Assembly (NCBI RefSeq): GCF_009914755.1
Contig: NC_060925.1
DNA: 64,000 nt
DNA from: the human T2T-CHM13v2.0 reference genome, Homo sapiens
Direction: 5' to 3' (one strand)
Below, one piece after another: positions 41,003 through 53,719 of the stretch (the stretch's first letter is position 1; every line of letters starts with the position of its first letter). The notes under the pieces were generated by a model. It had not been told where the DNA came from. It did no database searches and saw only the letters and a list, made by a program, of their open reading frames with translations. Both the position numbers and the translations under genes were made by a program.

Positions 41003-41399
41003 GAAGACTGAGGGATCTAGATCTGAATCAAAGCCCTTTTCCACCAACTTCATAAAGTAGAGGCTATTTAAGTGCATGTGTTTGCAACTTCCAATCTACC
41101 CGGCCAAAAGTCAGTGCCTTTACCCTTTCTTTTCTCAGAGGATAACTTATCCTTCTTGTTCAGTTACTCCTTGCACTTACACCCTCGACCCTGTATCTTT
41201 CCACCATCTGCCTTGCTTGCAGCTTCACCGTCTACTGTCTCCACCACTTCATATTTTAACCATGCCCAGATATATATACTTGCTGTCCTACTGAAAACAG
41301 GCTCTGTCTGACACTACTCTGGCAAGCACTTCCCTTTTTCTAGGTCCAGCAAATATCTTGCAGTCCCAATTTTAATGTTTTGTACATTTTGATCTCTTT

Positions 41400-42370
41400 T
41401 TTCCTTCACAATGCTCTTTCCCAGTTATCCTCACATATCTTTGTTTGCTCCCTTTCTCTGCCCTTTATGGAAGCTTGAGCCACCTCTTAAATACTGGGTT
41501 CCCTAGTGTTCTGTCCTTACTTCACTGCTTGTGTTACTCTACATATTCTCTTCAAGTAATACAATTCATTCCCAGATGTTTAATTATCTTCTATACACAA
41601 GAAACTTTTAAAAATGTATACCTGTAACCCAGATCTTTCTTGCAAGGTTCAAATTCCTATATAGAATTGCTTGTCGGGCATTTCCACCTGAAATTCCCAT
41701 AAGCACTTAAAATACAAGATATTCAGAATGGAACAAACTATTTTCCCTTCCTAAATGAGCAAATCTTTCTACATTTTATATTTTTATGTTGCTTCTCTGC
41801 AGTTTAGGTTCCCAAGCAAGCAAACTGGAAGTTATATTTGACTTCAGTTTCCTTTAGCCCCCCAGTTTCCATAATCAAGTCCTGTCAGTAATGCCCTAAA
41901 TCTTTCTTTACTTGCTCCTTCCACTTTATACCTTCCTTTAATGCTCTAGTTCAGCTCCTCGTTATATTTTATAAAACAAATGTACCTGTCTCAGCTATCC
42001 TTGCTTCCAATATTGATCCACTTGAGTTCATCCTCCCGATATACCCTGCTTGCCCCTCATTGCTTACAATTTAATACTACCATGCTCCCAACATGTTCCC
42101 TCTTACTAGTCTCTGCTTTCACCTGCTAACTACCACTGATCGTTTAAGGCTCACTTTAAATCCTCTTCCTTTAAGAGGCCTTCTCTAATGAGACCCTTCA
42201 CACTAAACACCTCAAACTGGACTGGATGCTAACTCATTTCCAAAAAACCTCCATTTACCTTGCACCAGCATTCCCATTATTGCCCTTACTACATTGTGGT
42301 TTTTTTATGTGTTATGGTTCCTTTTTATGTGTCATCTCCTCCATTACCCTATGAGTTTTTTAAGGGATCA
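41400..42370 (+). mobile_element. Decayed L2 LINE (approximate bounds)
   Basis: Pyrimidine-rich; cccagatctttct, attgcttgtcgggcatttccacctg, caagtcctgtca motifs. Confidence 0.6.
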
Positions 42371-42522
42371 CTCTTTTGTGTAAAATAATAATAATAATAA
42401 TAATTTGTTTTCTGTAACTGCTAGGGAATGAAATTATACAAATACATATAATGGAAATTTAGAAATGCACAAATATACAAATTTCTACATATATTTCTTC
42501 AACAAATTTTCATCTTTTTCAG

Positions 42523-42696
42523 TATCTCCTACAATTGCTGGTGTAGGTAGTGATGGCAACCCTGAAGATGTCACTGTCATCCTTAACAGCCCTACATCTT
42601 TGGTCTGTGAAGCTTATTCATATCCTCCAGCTACCATCACCTGGTTTAAGGATGGCACTCCTTTAGAATCTAACCGAAATATTCGTATTCTTCCAG
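42523..42696 (+). CDS. HMCN1: Coding exon (~50), 174 nt, phase 1-1
   Basis: tttcag|tatctcct...ccag|gtaatt; SPTIAGVGSDGNPEDVTVILNSPTSLVCEAYSYPPATITWFKDGTPLESNRNIRILP. Confidence 0.93.
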
Positions 42697-43274
42697 GTAA
42701 TTCATTTGCTTCAGATGTCCAAGATGCATCTGCGTCATCTACTATTCTAGAAAAGCAGAATCATTGGTTACTTTTTATAAAAACACCAATGTTTTGTTGG
42801 TTGTGTTATGTTCTGTGCAGCCTGGTTCCTAATAGGCCACAGGCTGGTCCCAGTCCATGGCTCAGGGATTGGGACCCCTGCTGTAAAGTACTGAAAATTA
42901 CTTTTTAAAAGATCAGAAGAATACCTAAATTAAAAGGCAAATAAATAAATGCCACAATGTAATTAACTGCTAAAATATATTATAATATGAATGCCAAAAA
43001 GGGTAGAAATTCATTCCTGATTAAATATTAACTCTCCTTCAAAGTTTAATTCAAGGTGAGAGAGTTTGTTCCTCTTTACTGCATGGAAATAGATAATGCA
43101 AATAAAAAGATAAAGGATTATTTCTGGCTTTAAGAGACTGACAGTCTTATATTGAGAAGAGGTAATATGTGCAAAGAGTTGATTAAGAATATGAATCTGT
43201 GAAAAATCATGGATTCTGAATAGTCAGGGGGTATGATAAATAGGGAATGAGTTTTATAAGAATTCAAATGAAGA

Positions 43275-43583
<309 letters not shown>

Positions 43584-44350
43584 TCAAATGAAGAAATGGG
43601 CACTGTAGGCTGAAGTGGTCAGAAAAAGCTTTGTTGCTTAGTCAGAACTTGGATGAGACTTTAATGAACATTCTAGAATTTAGTTGATTGGCAATGAGTT
43701 AGGAGAGGTTTCAGTTCCATCAGGGTAACCTGTGTGGGAAAAGTATAAAGTGAGAATGGCCTAGCCCTGCGCAATAGAATTCTCACCCACTACCCGAAAC
43801 TTGAGTGGAAATATTGTGTGTATGTATGTTGGCAGAGGGGCAGGAAATAAGTTCAGCAAGAAAAGCTGGAGTCATGTTTTGAATGCCTGAATTAAGAATT
43901 AAGAGTTTTTACTTTATATGTTGGTCAATTGAGAACGATTGAAGATATTTAAGAAGGATAGGACCAAAATAAAAACTTTGCTTCAGCACAATTAATTTCT
44001 CCTGTAGGCTAGGTAGATAAGATGAAAAGATGATTAAGGCAGAAACCTATTTATGAAGAGGATGAAAGACCTTATGAAGGATCTTAGCTAGAGTGGTATA
44101 CAAAGGCATGGCAGGTCTGAATGAGCATGAGAGTCATCACCACAGAGCACCACTGGGGACTCAGCAGCTGTCCTCAGATACCATGCAATCCCCATCAGTA
44201 TTGCAGTTTATCTTATATCATATGTCCATCACAGAATTGTCATATGTAAAAAGAAATATGTTAACAAGAAGACGTAAACCCCTGATAGCCTGTGTGTACT
44301 CCACTGTCACTGTGATTTTAGAGACTCTTTGATGTCCCATGATTTTACAG

Positions 44351-44464
44351 GAGGCAGAACTCTGCAGATCCTCAATGCACAGGAGGACAATGCTGGAAGA
44401 TACTCTTGTGTAGCCACGAATGAGGCTGGAGAAATGATAAAGCACTATGAAGTGAAGGTGTACA
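44351..44464 (+). CDS. HMCN1: Coding exon (~51), 114 nt, phase 1-1
   Basis: ttacag|gaggcaga...taca|gtaagt; GRTLQILNAQEDNAGRYSCVATNEAGEMIKHYEVKVY. Confidence 0.93.
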
Positions 44465-45299
44465 GTAAGTTCTGAAAGAATACTATGTTTCATAGCTTCC
44501 CCAATTTTTCTAACTTTTTCAATCCTGTTTTTCATTATGGGTTCATAATTATTTATACTCATCATTAAAGACTTGTTTGTGCAGCTTACTTTATTAAGGA
44601 TGGAAGTTGAATTAAGCATTGTGTCTATGGCCTCAATTGCTTCAAGATGTGAAGAGCCTACTAAATCTGCTCATTACTCTCTGTTGGAGACTTTGTCAGT
44701 GGCATTTCCTTAAGTTTCTCTGTTTTTCCTTCTGAATTACCCTCTGGGTTGAGATGTAGTACTTTCATGTACAAAACTGTCGTTAGATGCATATGTTCTA
44801 ATCAACAGCCCAAGATGAGGTCATTAGTGACTTTGAGCTATTCCAATGTACATTGACCTATAAATAAAAAGCAAAGCTAACACTGCCATTAATGGAACTC
44901 ATATTTCAGAATTTTGCTTTTGTGTTTGTAAAGGAAGAGTATCTTTCTGATTATCTTTTGTTCTTTGACTTGGTACCCTTAATAACCAATAAGATACATT
45001 TTAAGGATCATGTTCAGACTATGTCTGTGGACCTGGAACAAATGAAGCTAACTGTTCTGTAAAGGACATTAGCTTTATTGGCAGTATCACATGATAAAGG
45101 GAGAAAGAGATTTCCTGTTCCATCTTGTATTTGAACACTCTTTCATAAGATGTTAACTTAGATACTTAATGAAAGGTCAGCATAGAATGCCTCTGTTATT
45201 TCCTTGTTTTCTTGATAAGTAATCCTCAGTGTGATTTCTGTGGTATTCCATGTATTGAAAATAACCAATGTCTAACTCTTTAATATTTATTTTATGCAG

Positions 45300-45445
45300 T
45301 TCCACCCATAATCAATAAAGGGGACCTTTGGGGGCCAGGTCTTTCCCCTAAAGAAGTGAAGATCAAAGTAAACAACACTCTGACCTTGGAATGTGAAGCG
45401 TATGCAATTCCTTCTGCCTCCCTCAGCTGGTACAAGGATGGACAG
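45300..45445 (+). CDS. HMCN1: Coding exon (~52), 146 nt, phase 1-0, ending at a GC donor
   Basis: atgcag|ttccaccc...ggacag|GCcagt; PPIINKGDLWGPGLSPKEVKIKVNNTLTLECEAYAIPSASLSWYKDGQ. The GC donor restores KDGQ|PL with the next exon. Confidence 0.9.
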
Positions 45446-47089
45446 GCCAGTCACAACTTTTTTCATTTGCTGATGATTTCTTAAAGACTAAAATGGTCAA
45501 TTGAAAAGAAATAATAAAATAGACACAAGTGACTCAGAGAATCAATGTGATCTTAAAACTAGCAAATGCCATGCTCCTAGAATCTAAAACTTAAAAAAAA
45601 AACCCAACCAACCTGAACGATGTTCAACAATTTTAGCATTATTCCATCACTGGAAAGTTTGCATAATTATTTTGTAATTGTATTTGTATATTAGCAGTTA
45701 ATTAATATACAATTGTAATTGTATATTAGCAGTTGTCTATGAAAATCTGGCCACCCTCCCACTGGAGAAGTTAGGGAAACAGTTCTTTTCATTTTTTTGC
45801 TGTTGTTATTTTGCAGTTTTACAGAATAAGTAAACCAGGTAAAGAAGCAACACATAAATGTTGCTATCCCGGGTTAGAATGACAGGTATAACATGGGTAC
45901 TAAATTTACTAAAGTTACTCAGATATTCTTTAAGTATCTTTAACTCTTTTACAAAAGGTAATGTTTTAAAATATTCCAAGATGAAGACAAAAAGCTAAAA
46001 AAGATGATGAAGGGCCCAGTACAGTTAACTGGGAACAGAGAAACTTTAAATAAAAGACAGATCCTTCAATTCTGTGATCTGATTTTCAGACCACATATCC
46101 ATATTTCTCATTCAACTTATGTTCTTCCATGCATGTTTTAAAAGACATATGTGCTGTTGATCTTAGACCAAAATAGATTTTTAAGCAGCTGTTAACACCG
46201 TACTTAATACAGATGTGAAACGGCTAAGCTGCTGTTTGTCCTGTTTTACACATAATCAACCAAATAGTCAGTCAAATTCCAGTTGTAGAAGTTCAGATCA
46301 TAATCATGATTTAAGATGCAGGAAAGATATAGCTTTATTTTTTCAGATTTCAGATGGATTTTGCAATATTGGCAGCTAGAAAAAAAGTCATCTTATAAAA
46401 TAAGCAAGTTTCATCTGGAAGCCATTGCAAAAGGGAAAATATAGAATTCCCACCATGCTCCGTTTATAGTTTCTTTTCTGACTACAAGCACACTTCATAG
46501 TACAATATCAATTCTTTATGAGTTTACTTGGAAACAAATAATCCCTTTCTCCTTTGAAATATTTTAATCTTTTCTAAAGTTGTTTCATTCCTTATAGTTA
46601 CCACATATGCTCACATGTACATGAACACATACACACATTAAAAACTGGGTAAAGACTAAAAGTGCACAGGAAATGAGGCATTTTTGTCTTATTTTTGAAA
46701 ATTTCATTATAAGTTGTTAAATTGCAGCTTCAGGTTCAGGCTTTGAAATTGACCCAATTATGATGCTTTACACTGCTAGGTGTTTTAGGGTTTGCAATTG
46801 GTCTCCTAGAATGTGAACAAAAACGTACTATTTTAAAATTTATTTTCCATATTCATTCTCCTGTTATTTCAGTCTTCAGATGAGCAATACTAAAGTGAAG
46901 TAGTGTTTTCAAGAAAAGAAACACAAAACATATTGACAGACATTAAAAACTGGACAAAGTATTGGCCACAATAAGTTTTGATAGAATCTTGAGTTTTATT
47001 TATTCATACCCTGAAGTTTTTCTTTTAGCAAAAAAATTTAAATTATGCTACTTTTATATAAGTGATACAATGTTAATAATGATTAATTG

Positions 47090-48820
47090 CATTCTGAATT
47101 ATTTGTTGAACATCTACTATTTGTCAGACACTGTTTTAAATGCAGGGAATACAGCTGTGAAAGAAACAGACACAAATTTCTACTCATGTGAAGTTTAGGA
47201 AGGCAAAACTAAACCAAACCAATAAGACATAATGTGTCAGGTGGGGCAGGTATCATGGAGAAAACTCAATATGAGAGAAGGAAACCAAGGGTGGAGAGTG
47301 TGATTTCTTACTTAGGGAAGACCTCACTGATAAGGTGACATTTAAACAGAAACCCAAAATGAAGGAAGCAGACATAAAATAATAGAGGGCAAAATATTCC
47401 AAAGTAAAGAGCACAGCAAGGGCAAAGGCCCTGAGGCATTTGGGCTGAAGTGCAGTGACAGATGGGAACAGAAAATGTGAGCAGAAGACTAATGGAGAGC
47501 CAGACCATGATGCCCCTTGTGCCAGTTGGCCTTTATTCTGACGGAAAGCCGACTGGGAAATTTTGAACACAAGAATGACATGACACAATCTGACTTAAGG
47601 TTTTAAGCAGATTGCATTTCTTTCTGTACTTGGAGAATAAAGAAAAGGTCCAGCTATGAAGTTATTGCAATGGTTATGGCAATTGCATCTCCACCAAAAG
47701 GGCAATGGTTGTTGCTTGGACCAAGGTGGTAGCAGGAGGTGTGGGATGTGTAGGAAGGAGATCAAATATAGGTTCAAGATAAGTGAGAGTAAATAGAGAA
47801 GAGGTCTAAGGATTAAGCCTCAGGGTACTCCTGTATTTAAAGTTGGGGAGCAGGGAGCGTAGTGTCCCAAAAGATAAGTGAAAAAGGTACTTCAAAATGA
47901 ACACAAGTTAAACTCTGTTAAATGATACTGATCAGGTAAAATAAGTACTTAGAAGTTACCAGCATGAATGTCATTGGTGACCTTGGCAAAGAATTTTTGA
48001 TCAAGAAGAAACAGTGAAAGTCTGATTGGAACATATCAAGAAATGATGGAAGGAAAAAACTGAAGGAAAGTAATTGGAGTCCACAAGTATAGAAAATATT
48101 TTTAAGTCATTTGGCAACAAATGTAGAAATGTAGAGGTGGGCTGCAGCAAGAGAGGTTTTTGTTTTTGTTTTTTTAGGTTGAAATCATCCAGTGGAAAGA
48201 AATAAGTTAATGATGATGTAGGTGAGAGAAACACAGTTGCTGGAGGGATGCCCTTGACCAGCAAATTCTCAGAATGAGCAGAAACTGATTTTAACCAGTT
48301 AGGGTTTTGCCAGGGGAGTAAAATAAAGGGAGAGGAGGCAAAAGAGTTGAGAGTTTTATACAAGGAACAATTATCATGACAGATCTTCTCTGGGTAAGAA
48401 GGGAATAGAAGTCAGGAGGAGACTGAGTGGCAGTGAAAATATTGCAAGGTCAATGGATTGTGGGGCTCCCATGGGATGAAAAAAAAAAAACTTAAAGAAA
48501 ATTAGTAATAATAGAAAACTAGGAAGTGATAGTCACCAAATGAGAGCTTGAAACTGAGATTATGAAGGAGCATAGTTATTGGTAATTATAAGGTCTAGGT
48601 ATGACTCCTATTTAGTGGGTGAGAAAGGGTGAGGGACAAGAAAATTAAAAGAAGGAGATCAAGGAGCTAAGAGAACACAGCATTGGATGATTATCTTTGT
48701 GGGCATTGAAATCACCAAGAGTTATGAGAAGAGTATCATTAGAAGGAATGATAGTGAGCCCGGAGCTAAAATTTTCAATGAATGAGGTGGAATTTAGTAT
48801 AAATGAAAATGTTGAGAAGA
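47090..48820 (-). mobile_element. L2a-like LINE remnant
   Basis: tatttgttgaacatctactatttgtcagacactgtt...gggaagacctcactgataaggtgacattt...tcattggtgaccttgg. Confidence 0.7.
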
Positions 48821-49432
48821 TGGGAGATGTTCTATTAGCTATAGGCAATGTTACTGATAAAACACCATAATACGAATATATGTAAGTTAATATCCTATTT
48901 TATAGTAATAATTTCAATAAAACATCATAATATAAATATCTTTAGGTTAAAATTTTTTATTTATAAAGTAATGATGTTTCTGAATGAACAAAAGTAATTT
49001 AGATCAAATCAGATTATACTAATGTGCTCAATCTTTCATAAAGAAATTCTAACATTTTCTACAAAATTATAAAAGACATGCTTTTTAAATATTATATGAG
49101 ATCAGTGAAAAAAATTTTTCCAACATGAATAAATTAATATGATAACTAAGAACATATATTTATCATAAAAATGTATAAATGCATCATGCACAAATGCCTC
49201 GTAAAAATGTAAACTGTAACAGCAGCAATTTCAATAAATAAAAATTTGATTAGTCAAAAACAATGAGTTTAATCAAAGTAAATCAATTATTTTGATTAAA
49301 CTATTGTCATGAATGTTTTGCATACAATTTTATTTTCATTTATTTAAAAAATCACAAAAACTATCAACTGCATGGCCTCTTAGAGGATTCATTATAGCAC
49401 TTAATGCTAACATTGTTATAATTGAATCACAG

Positions 49433-49583
49433 CCCCTTAAATCCGATGATCATGTTAATATTGCTGCGAATGGACACACACTTCAAATAAAGGAGGCTCA
49501 AATATCAGACACCGGACGATATACTTGTGTAGCATCTAACATTGCAGGTGAAGATGAGTTGGATTTTGATGTGAATATTCAAG
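49433..49583 (+). CDS. HMCN1: Coding exon (~53), 151 nt, phase 0-1
   Basis: tcacag|cccctt...caag|gtaata; PLKSDDHVNIAANGHTLQIKEAQISDTGRYTCVASNIAGEDELDFDVNIQ. Confidence 0.92.
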
Positions 49584-49939
49584 GTAATACTAATTGCTTA
49601 TTGTATATAATGTAATTTATATGATCTTTCAAAGTAAAAGAAAAGAGATTTGACTTATTTTAAACAGTGTTTTTTTCTGTTGACAATAATATAAATTCAT
49701 GATTGAAAATTTAGACTCGAGAATTAAAGAAGGAAATAATCCCATCATTCAGGATTGCCTCTGTTATTTTTATGTGTTTCCTTCTGATATTTTAAAATGT
49801 ATACTTCTACAAAGTTGAGGTCACACAATATAGATTTCTCTGTTGCATTAGCATTCCCTTAACTTTATATCATGAAGTTTTAAAAGCAGCATTTACATGA
49901 AAGGCAGGAAAGTAGTACAGTACAGAATTCAGAGTAATA

Positions 49940-50120
49940 AAAAATTACCTGTCCACTACTGGGCATATTATCTGGGTGATGAAATAATGTGTACACCAAA
50001 CCCCCAAAACATGCAATTTACTCATGTAACAAACCAGCACATGTACCCCATAAACATAAAATGAAAGTTGGAATAAATAAATAAATAAATGTAAAAATAA
50101 AAACAAGCAAACAACATAAC
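49940..50120 (+). mobile_element. L1 (old L1PA-like) 3' end inserted in a MIR, with an (AATA)n tail
   Basis: ctgggtgatgaaataatgtgtacaccaaacccc...catgtaacaaacc.gcacatgtacccc; MIR core continues at 50125-50310. Confidence 0.8.
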
Positions 50121-51119
50121 AAAACAGACTTGGAATTGAATGATGATTATGGCTTTTAAAAGCTTTGTGACTTAGTAAAGTTACCTAAATTTTAAGATTG
50201 TTTCCTCATTTGTAACATGACTGTCTTGTAGAATTGCAGTGAATACTAAATGAGATAAAGTATATAAAGCTCCTAGCAAAATGATTGAGAAATGATACCT
50301 GCCATTATTGTTGTTTATATTGTTACTCTTGATGTTGCTAACTATTCGACATGATTTTTAATAATTATGTCTGTTTCACCAGTTGAATATCCAAAAAATA
50401 TTTATTCAACCAGACTTCTATTGTTGAATGTCTGGGTTGTTTCTAAGCTTTCACCACTCATAAATAATGCTACACTGAACATCTTTATACATAAAACTTT
50501 TGTACATCTTTGATTTTTCATAATTTTCTAAGGGTGGAAATTTTAGGTTAAATGTACTTTTTTCTGTGATAAATTTTATGTTATGCACTCTTTTAATGCT
50601 TTTGATGTGCAGGCAAATTGCCTTTCATAAAGTTCATACTTGTCCCCAGAAAAGTATGAAAATGTCCTATTATTTTTGTTAATGGAATTTTTAATCCTGA
50701 TTGCATAATTTCTTTAGCCTTCTTAGTAAGCCAAATCACTGTGAAATGCTCTCAATTGAACCAGTATTTTTTAATGGTTTCTCAAAATTAGTCTTTCCTG
50801 CTGTGTATCATTTAGCAATGCTCCTTCCTGAGAGTGAGCGCCTTTATTGTCTAAGTGCCAGAGCCCTTTAACGGGGAGAGCAAAGCATAAACACAGCATT
50901 CTGAGCCTCATACTTCTTGTTCTTCCACTTGACAACCAGCTCCGACTTTCGTGTACTACTTTTTTGGCTAAGGGCTAGAGTTGGTGGTGGCGTCAGTACT
51001 TGAAATTATTTCCACATTGTCTAATCTATTGCTTTTACAAATCACTCTGGTGAAAACACAGCCAAGATCTTTGTTTAAGCATTTATATGTGACCAACATT
51101 TAATGCCTTTCCTCCATAG

Positions 51120-51314
51120 TTCCTCCAAGTTTTCAGAAACTCTGGGAAATAGGAAACATGCTAGATACTGGCAGGAATGGTGAAGCCAAAGATGTGATCA
51201 TCAACAATCCCATTTCTCTTTACTGTGAGACAAATGCTGCTCCCCCTCCTACACTGACATGGTACAAAGATGGCCACCCTCTGACCTCAAGTGATAAAGT
51301 ATTGATTTTGCCAG
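51120..51314 (+). CDS. HMCN1: Coding exon (~54), 195 nt, phase 1-1
   Basis: ccatag|ttcctcca...ccag|gtaaag; PPSFQKLWEIGNMLDTGRNGEAKDVIINNPISLYCETNAAPPPTLTWYKDGHPLTSSDKVLILP. Confidence 0.93.
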
Positions 51315-51829
51315 GTAAAGATTGATACCAACAGGGTGAAAAGCTGACTCTCTGCCAAATGTGTTTCCTCTCATGTATTAGACGAATTGAATTGGTTGGG
51401 TCTCTGGCTAAGTAATTTAACTGGCAGTTAGACTGCTGAATGCCACTGGCATCCACGTAGCTTCAATCTAGAAGAGTCTTGCTTGAGAATTAGACAATAG
51501 GAGAAAATAGCTTAGTAAACTTTTCAGATCTACTACGCATCACTCTATCAACTCAAAGTCCTTTGGCTTCCTTGTGCCTCCATTTCTCTTTTAGTGCAAT
51601 AAGATAATCAGTTTGGTTTATATATATTATTAACATAAATGCTAATATATATTTACAGATCATTACTGCTCAGTTTATTAAATGCACTTATCATAAATAA
51701 ATAGGGAAGATTATTAGTTTCAAATATTTAAATTGTTATCTGGTTTATTGATTGCAAAGATGTTTAAACTGTTATGGAATAATATTTTCAAGGCTTCTAT
51801 TTAATTTTAACAAGCATTCAGATATACAG

Positions 51830-52340
51830 GGCTTATCAAAATTCATCAGATTGTACACTTAAGGTCAGTGCAGTAAGTAATTGAATGTAAATTTGACCCC
51901 AATTAAATAAAAGAGTATCCTGAAAATAAAAATGAAAAGAGACTAAGTAGATAGGGTAACTCTGTCTAATATGTGATCCTAAATTAGATCTGGGTTTGGG
52001 GAAAATGGCTATAAAAAACATTATTGCAACAATAATGAAATTTGATTATGGACTGCGGATTCAATAGTAGTTTTGTTTTGATTTTAAATTTTCTGTTTTT
52101 AATCATTGTAACACGGTTATATAAGGGATTATCCTTGTTATGAAATATGGATTTATGAGTATTTTAGGGGTGAAAGGGCACCATGTCTCCAACTTACTCT
52201 TCAATGGTTCAGAAAAAGATTATATACATATGACAGAGAGAGATAAGGCAAATGGAGTGAAATATAAATAATTAGTGAACATGAGTAAAAGTCTTTATAT
52301 AATTATTACAACTTTTCTCTAAATTTGAAATTATATCTAC
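51830..52340 (+). mobile_element. Old L1M 3' UTR fragments
   Basis: tcaaaattcatcagattgtacacttaa; gagtattttaggggtgaaaggg...tctccaacttactcttcaatggttcagaaaa. Confidence 0.6.
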
Positions 52341-52798
52341 ATGATGTTTAAAAATATACAGCTATCCTCATAAGAATGTATGTAAAATAGTACACTTTAT
52401 ACTTTTACAACCTTGGATATTGCTTTCTCAAACAAGTACTTGCAGCAAATGGTGTAAACTTCTATTAAAAGTGTTCAAAACTATAAAAGCAAGGAGTCAC
52501 TATATAGTAACATTCCCTAGGAAATATGATGAAGCACATAGAGTAGCAGTCCCCCTTCTAGGAAAATCTACATGAGCTATTCATTTCTCAGGAGTTCCGA
52601 TTCATATGTTGGCTCACTTTTTAATAATGCAGTGTTTGTTGTAAAAGTGGTATCTGAGATTAAAACTGAACCATTGGATGAAACAGGAACCTTGAAAGAA
52701 AATGTAAGGCAGTCATTAGACCTGAAAATTTGTATCTGTTTATGGCTTGTGTTCACTCTAAGATTAGAGGAGTAAACATAGTGGGATATTATTTTCAG

Positions 52799-52912
52799 GA
52801 GGGCGAGTGTTGCAGATTCCTCGGGCTAAAGTAGAAGATGCTGGGAGATACACATGTGTGGCTGTGAATGAGGCTGGAGAAGATTCCCTTCAATATGATG
52901 TCCGTGTACTCG
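52799..52912 (+). CDS. HMCN1: Coding exon (~55), 114 nt, phase 1-1
   Basis: tttcag|gagggcga...ctcg|gtgagt; GRVLQIPRAKVEDAGRYTCVAVNEAGEDSLQYDVRVL. Confidence 0.93.
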
Positions 52913-53069
52913 GTGAGTTTTTCTTTTGTTTATTGTTCATTCTTTTACTGAAAAGTATTTTTGAGGAACTAATGTTTGCAGGATGTTACACTAAGCGCTT
53001 TTGAGACTATAAAGATAACCAGAAACTGATAGTTCTCCCAAGGAGGTAATTATCTTCTACAAATTGACA

Positions 53070-53570
53070 GCACATTAGTCAGGACTCTTGAAGTATTAAG
53101 AAACAAACTGACTTAAATGAAAACAAACAAACAAAAAGAATTCATTGACTTATGAATCAGAAAAGTCCCAAAATAGAGCTGGCTACAGTCATGTCTGACT
53201 TCTGTGGTTCAAATGAGGTCAACCAGACTTTACCTCTCTCGACTCTGCTTTTCTTTATTAATGTCACTCTCAGGGAGGGGGATCCCCTTGGATAGCAAGG
53301 TGGCCTCTAGCAGCTCTAGGCTTGCATCCTCCTAGTTCCACATTCAAATGAAAGTTTTTTCTCCTAGTATTTACAATTGAAGCCCTAGAATTGAATTTCC
53401 GTGGTTTTAATTGGCCAAGTGTGAATCACGTATCCATCCAGAGCCAATCACAGACAGCAAGAGGTTGCAATGTTCTAATTGATAAGGTCTAGTTCATGTG
53501 TCCAACCTTGAACCAAATCACCATCTGAATGCATGAACAGAGAGTTGAAGAAGTATTTTTCCTGTAAGGG
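53070..53570 (-). mobile_element. Old MLT1-type LTR
   Basis: ttagtcaggactctt...ctcgactctgctttt...gaatcacgtatccatccagagccaatcac. Confidence 0.55.
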
Positions 53571-53719
53571 AAAAGATAAGTGACATAACAATTAACATAG
53601 ATTTTAAAGTTCATGAGAGAGTTACAAGGAAAAGAGATGAGATGACAATTAAAAAATCAATGCTGACATTGTCAAGGACAGTGAAGGAATATCTTGGACC
53701 ACCTGGCTTAACTTGACCT

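Noticed and set aside
45450-45451. Canonical GT donor 4 nt downstream of the GC donor
   Set aside because: It would shift the frame and break KDGQ|PL continuity, so it is not the main donor.
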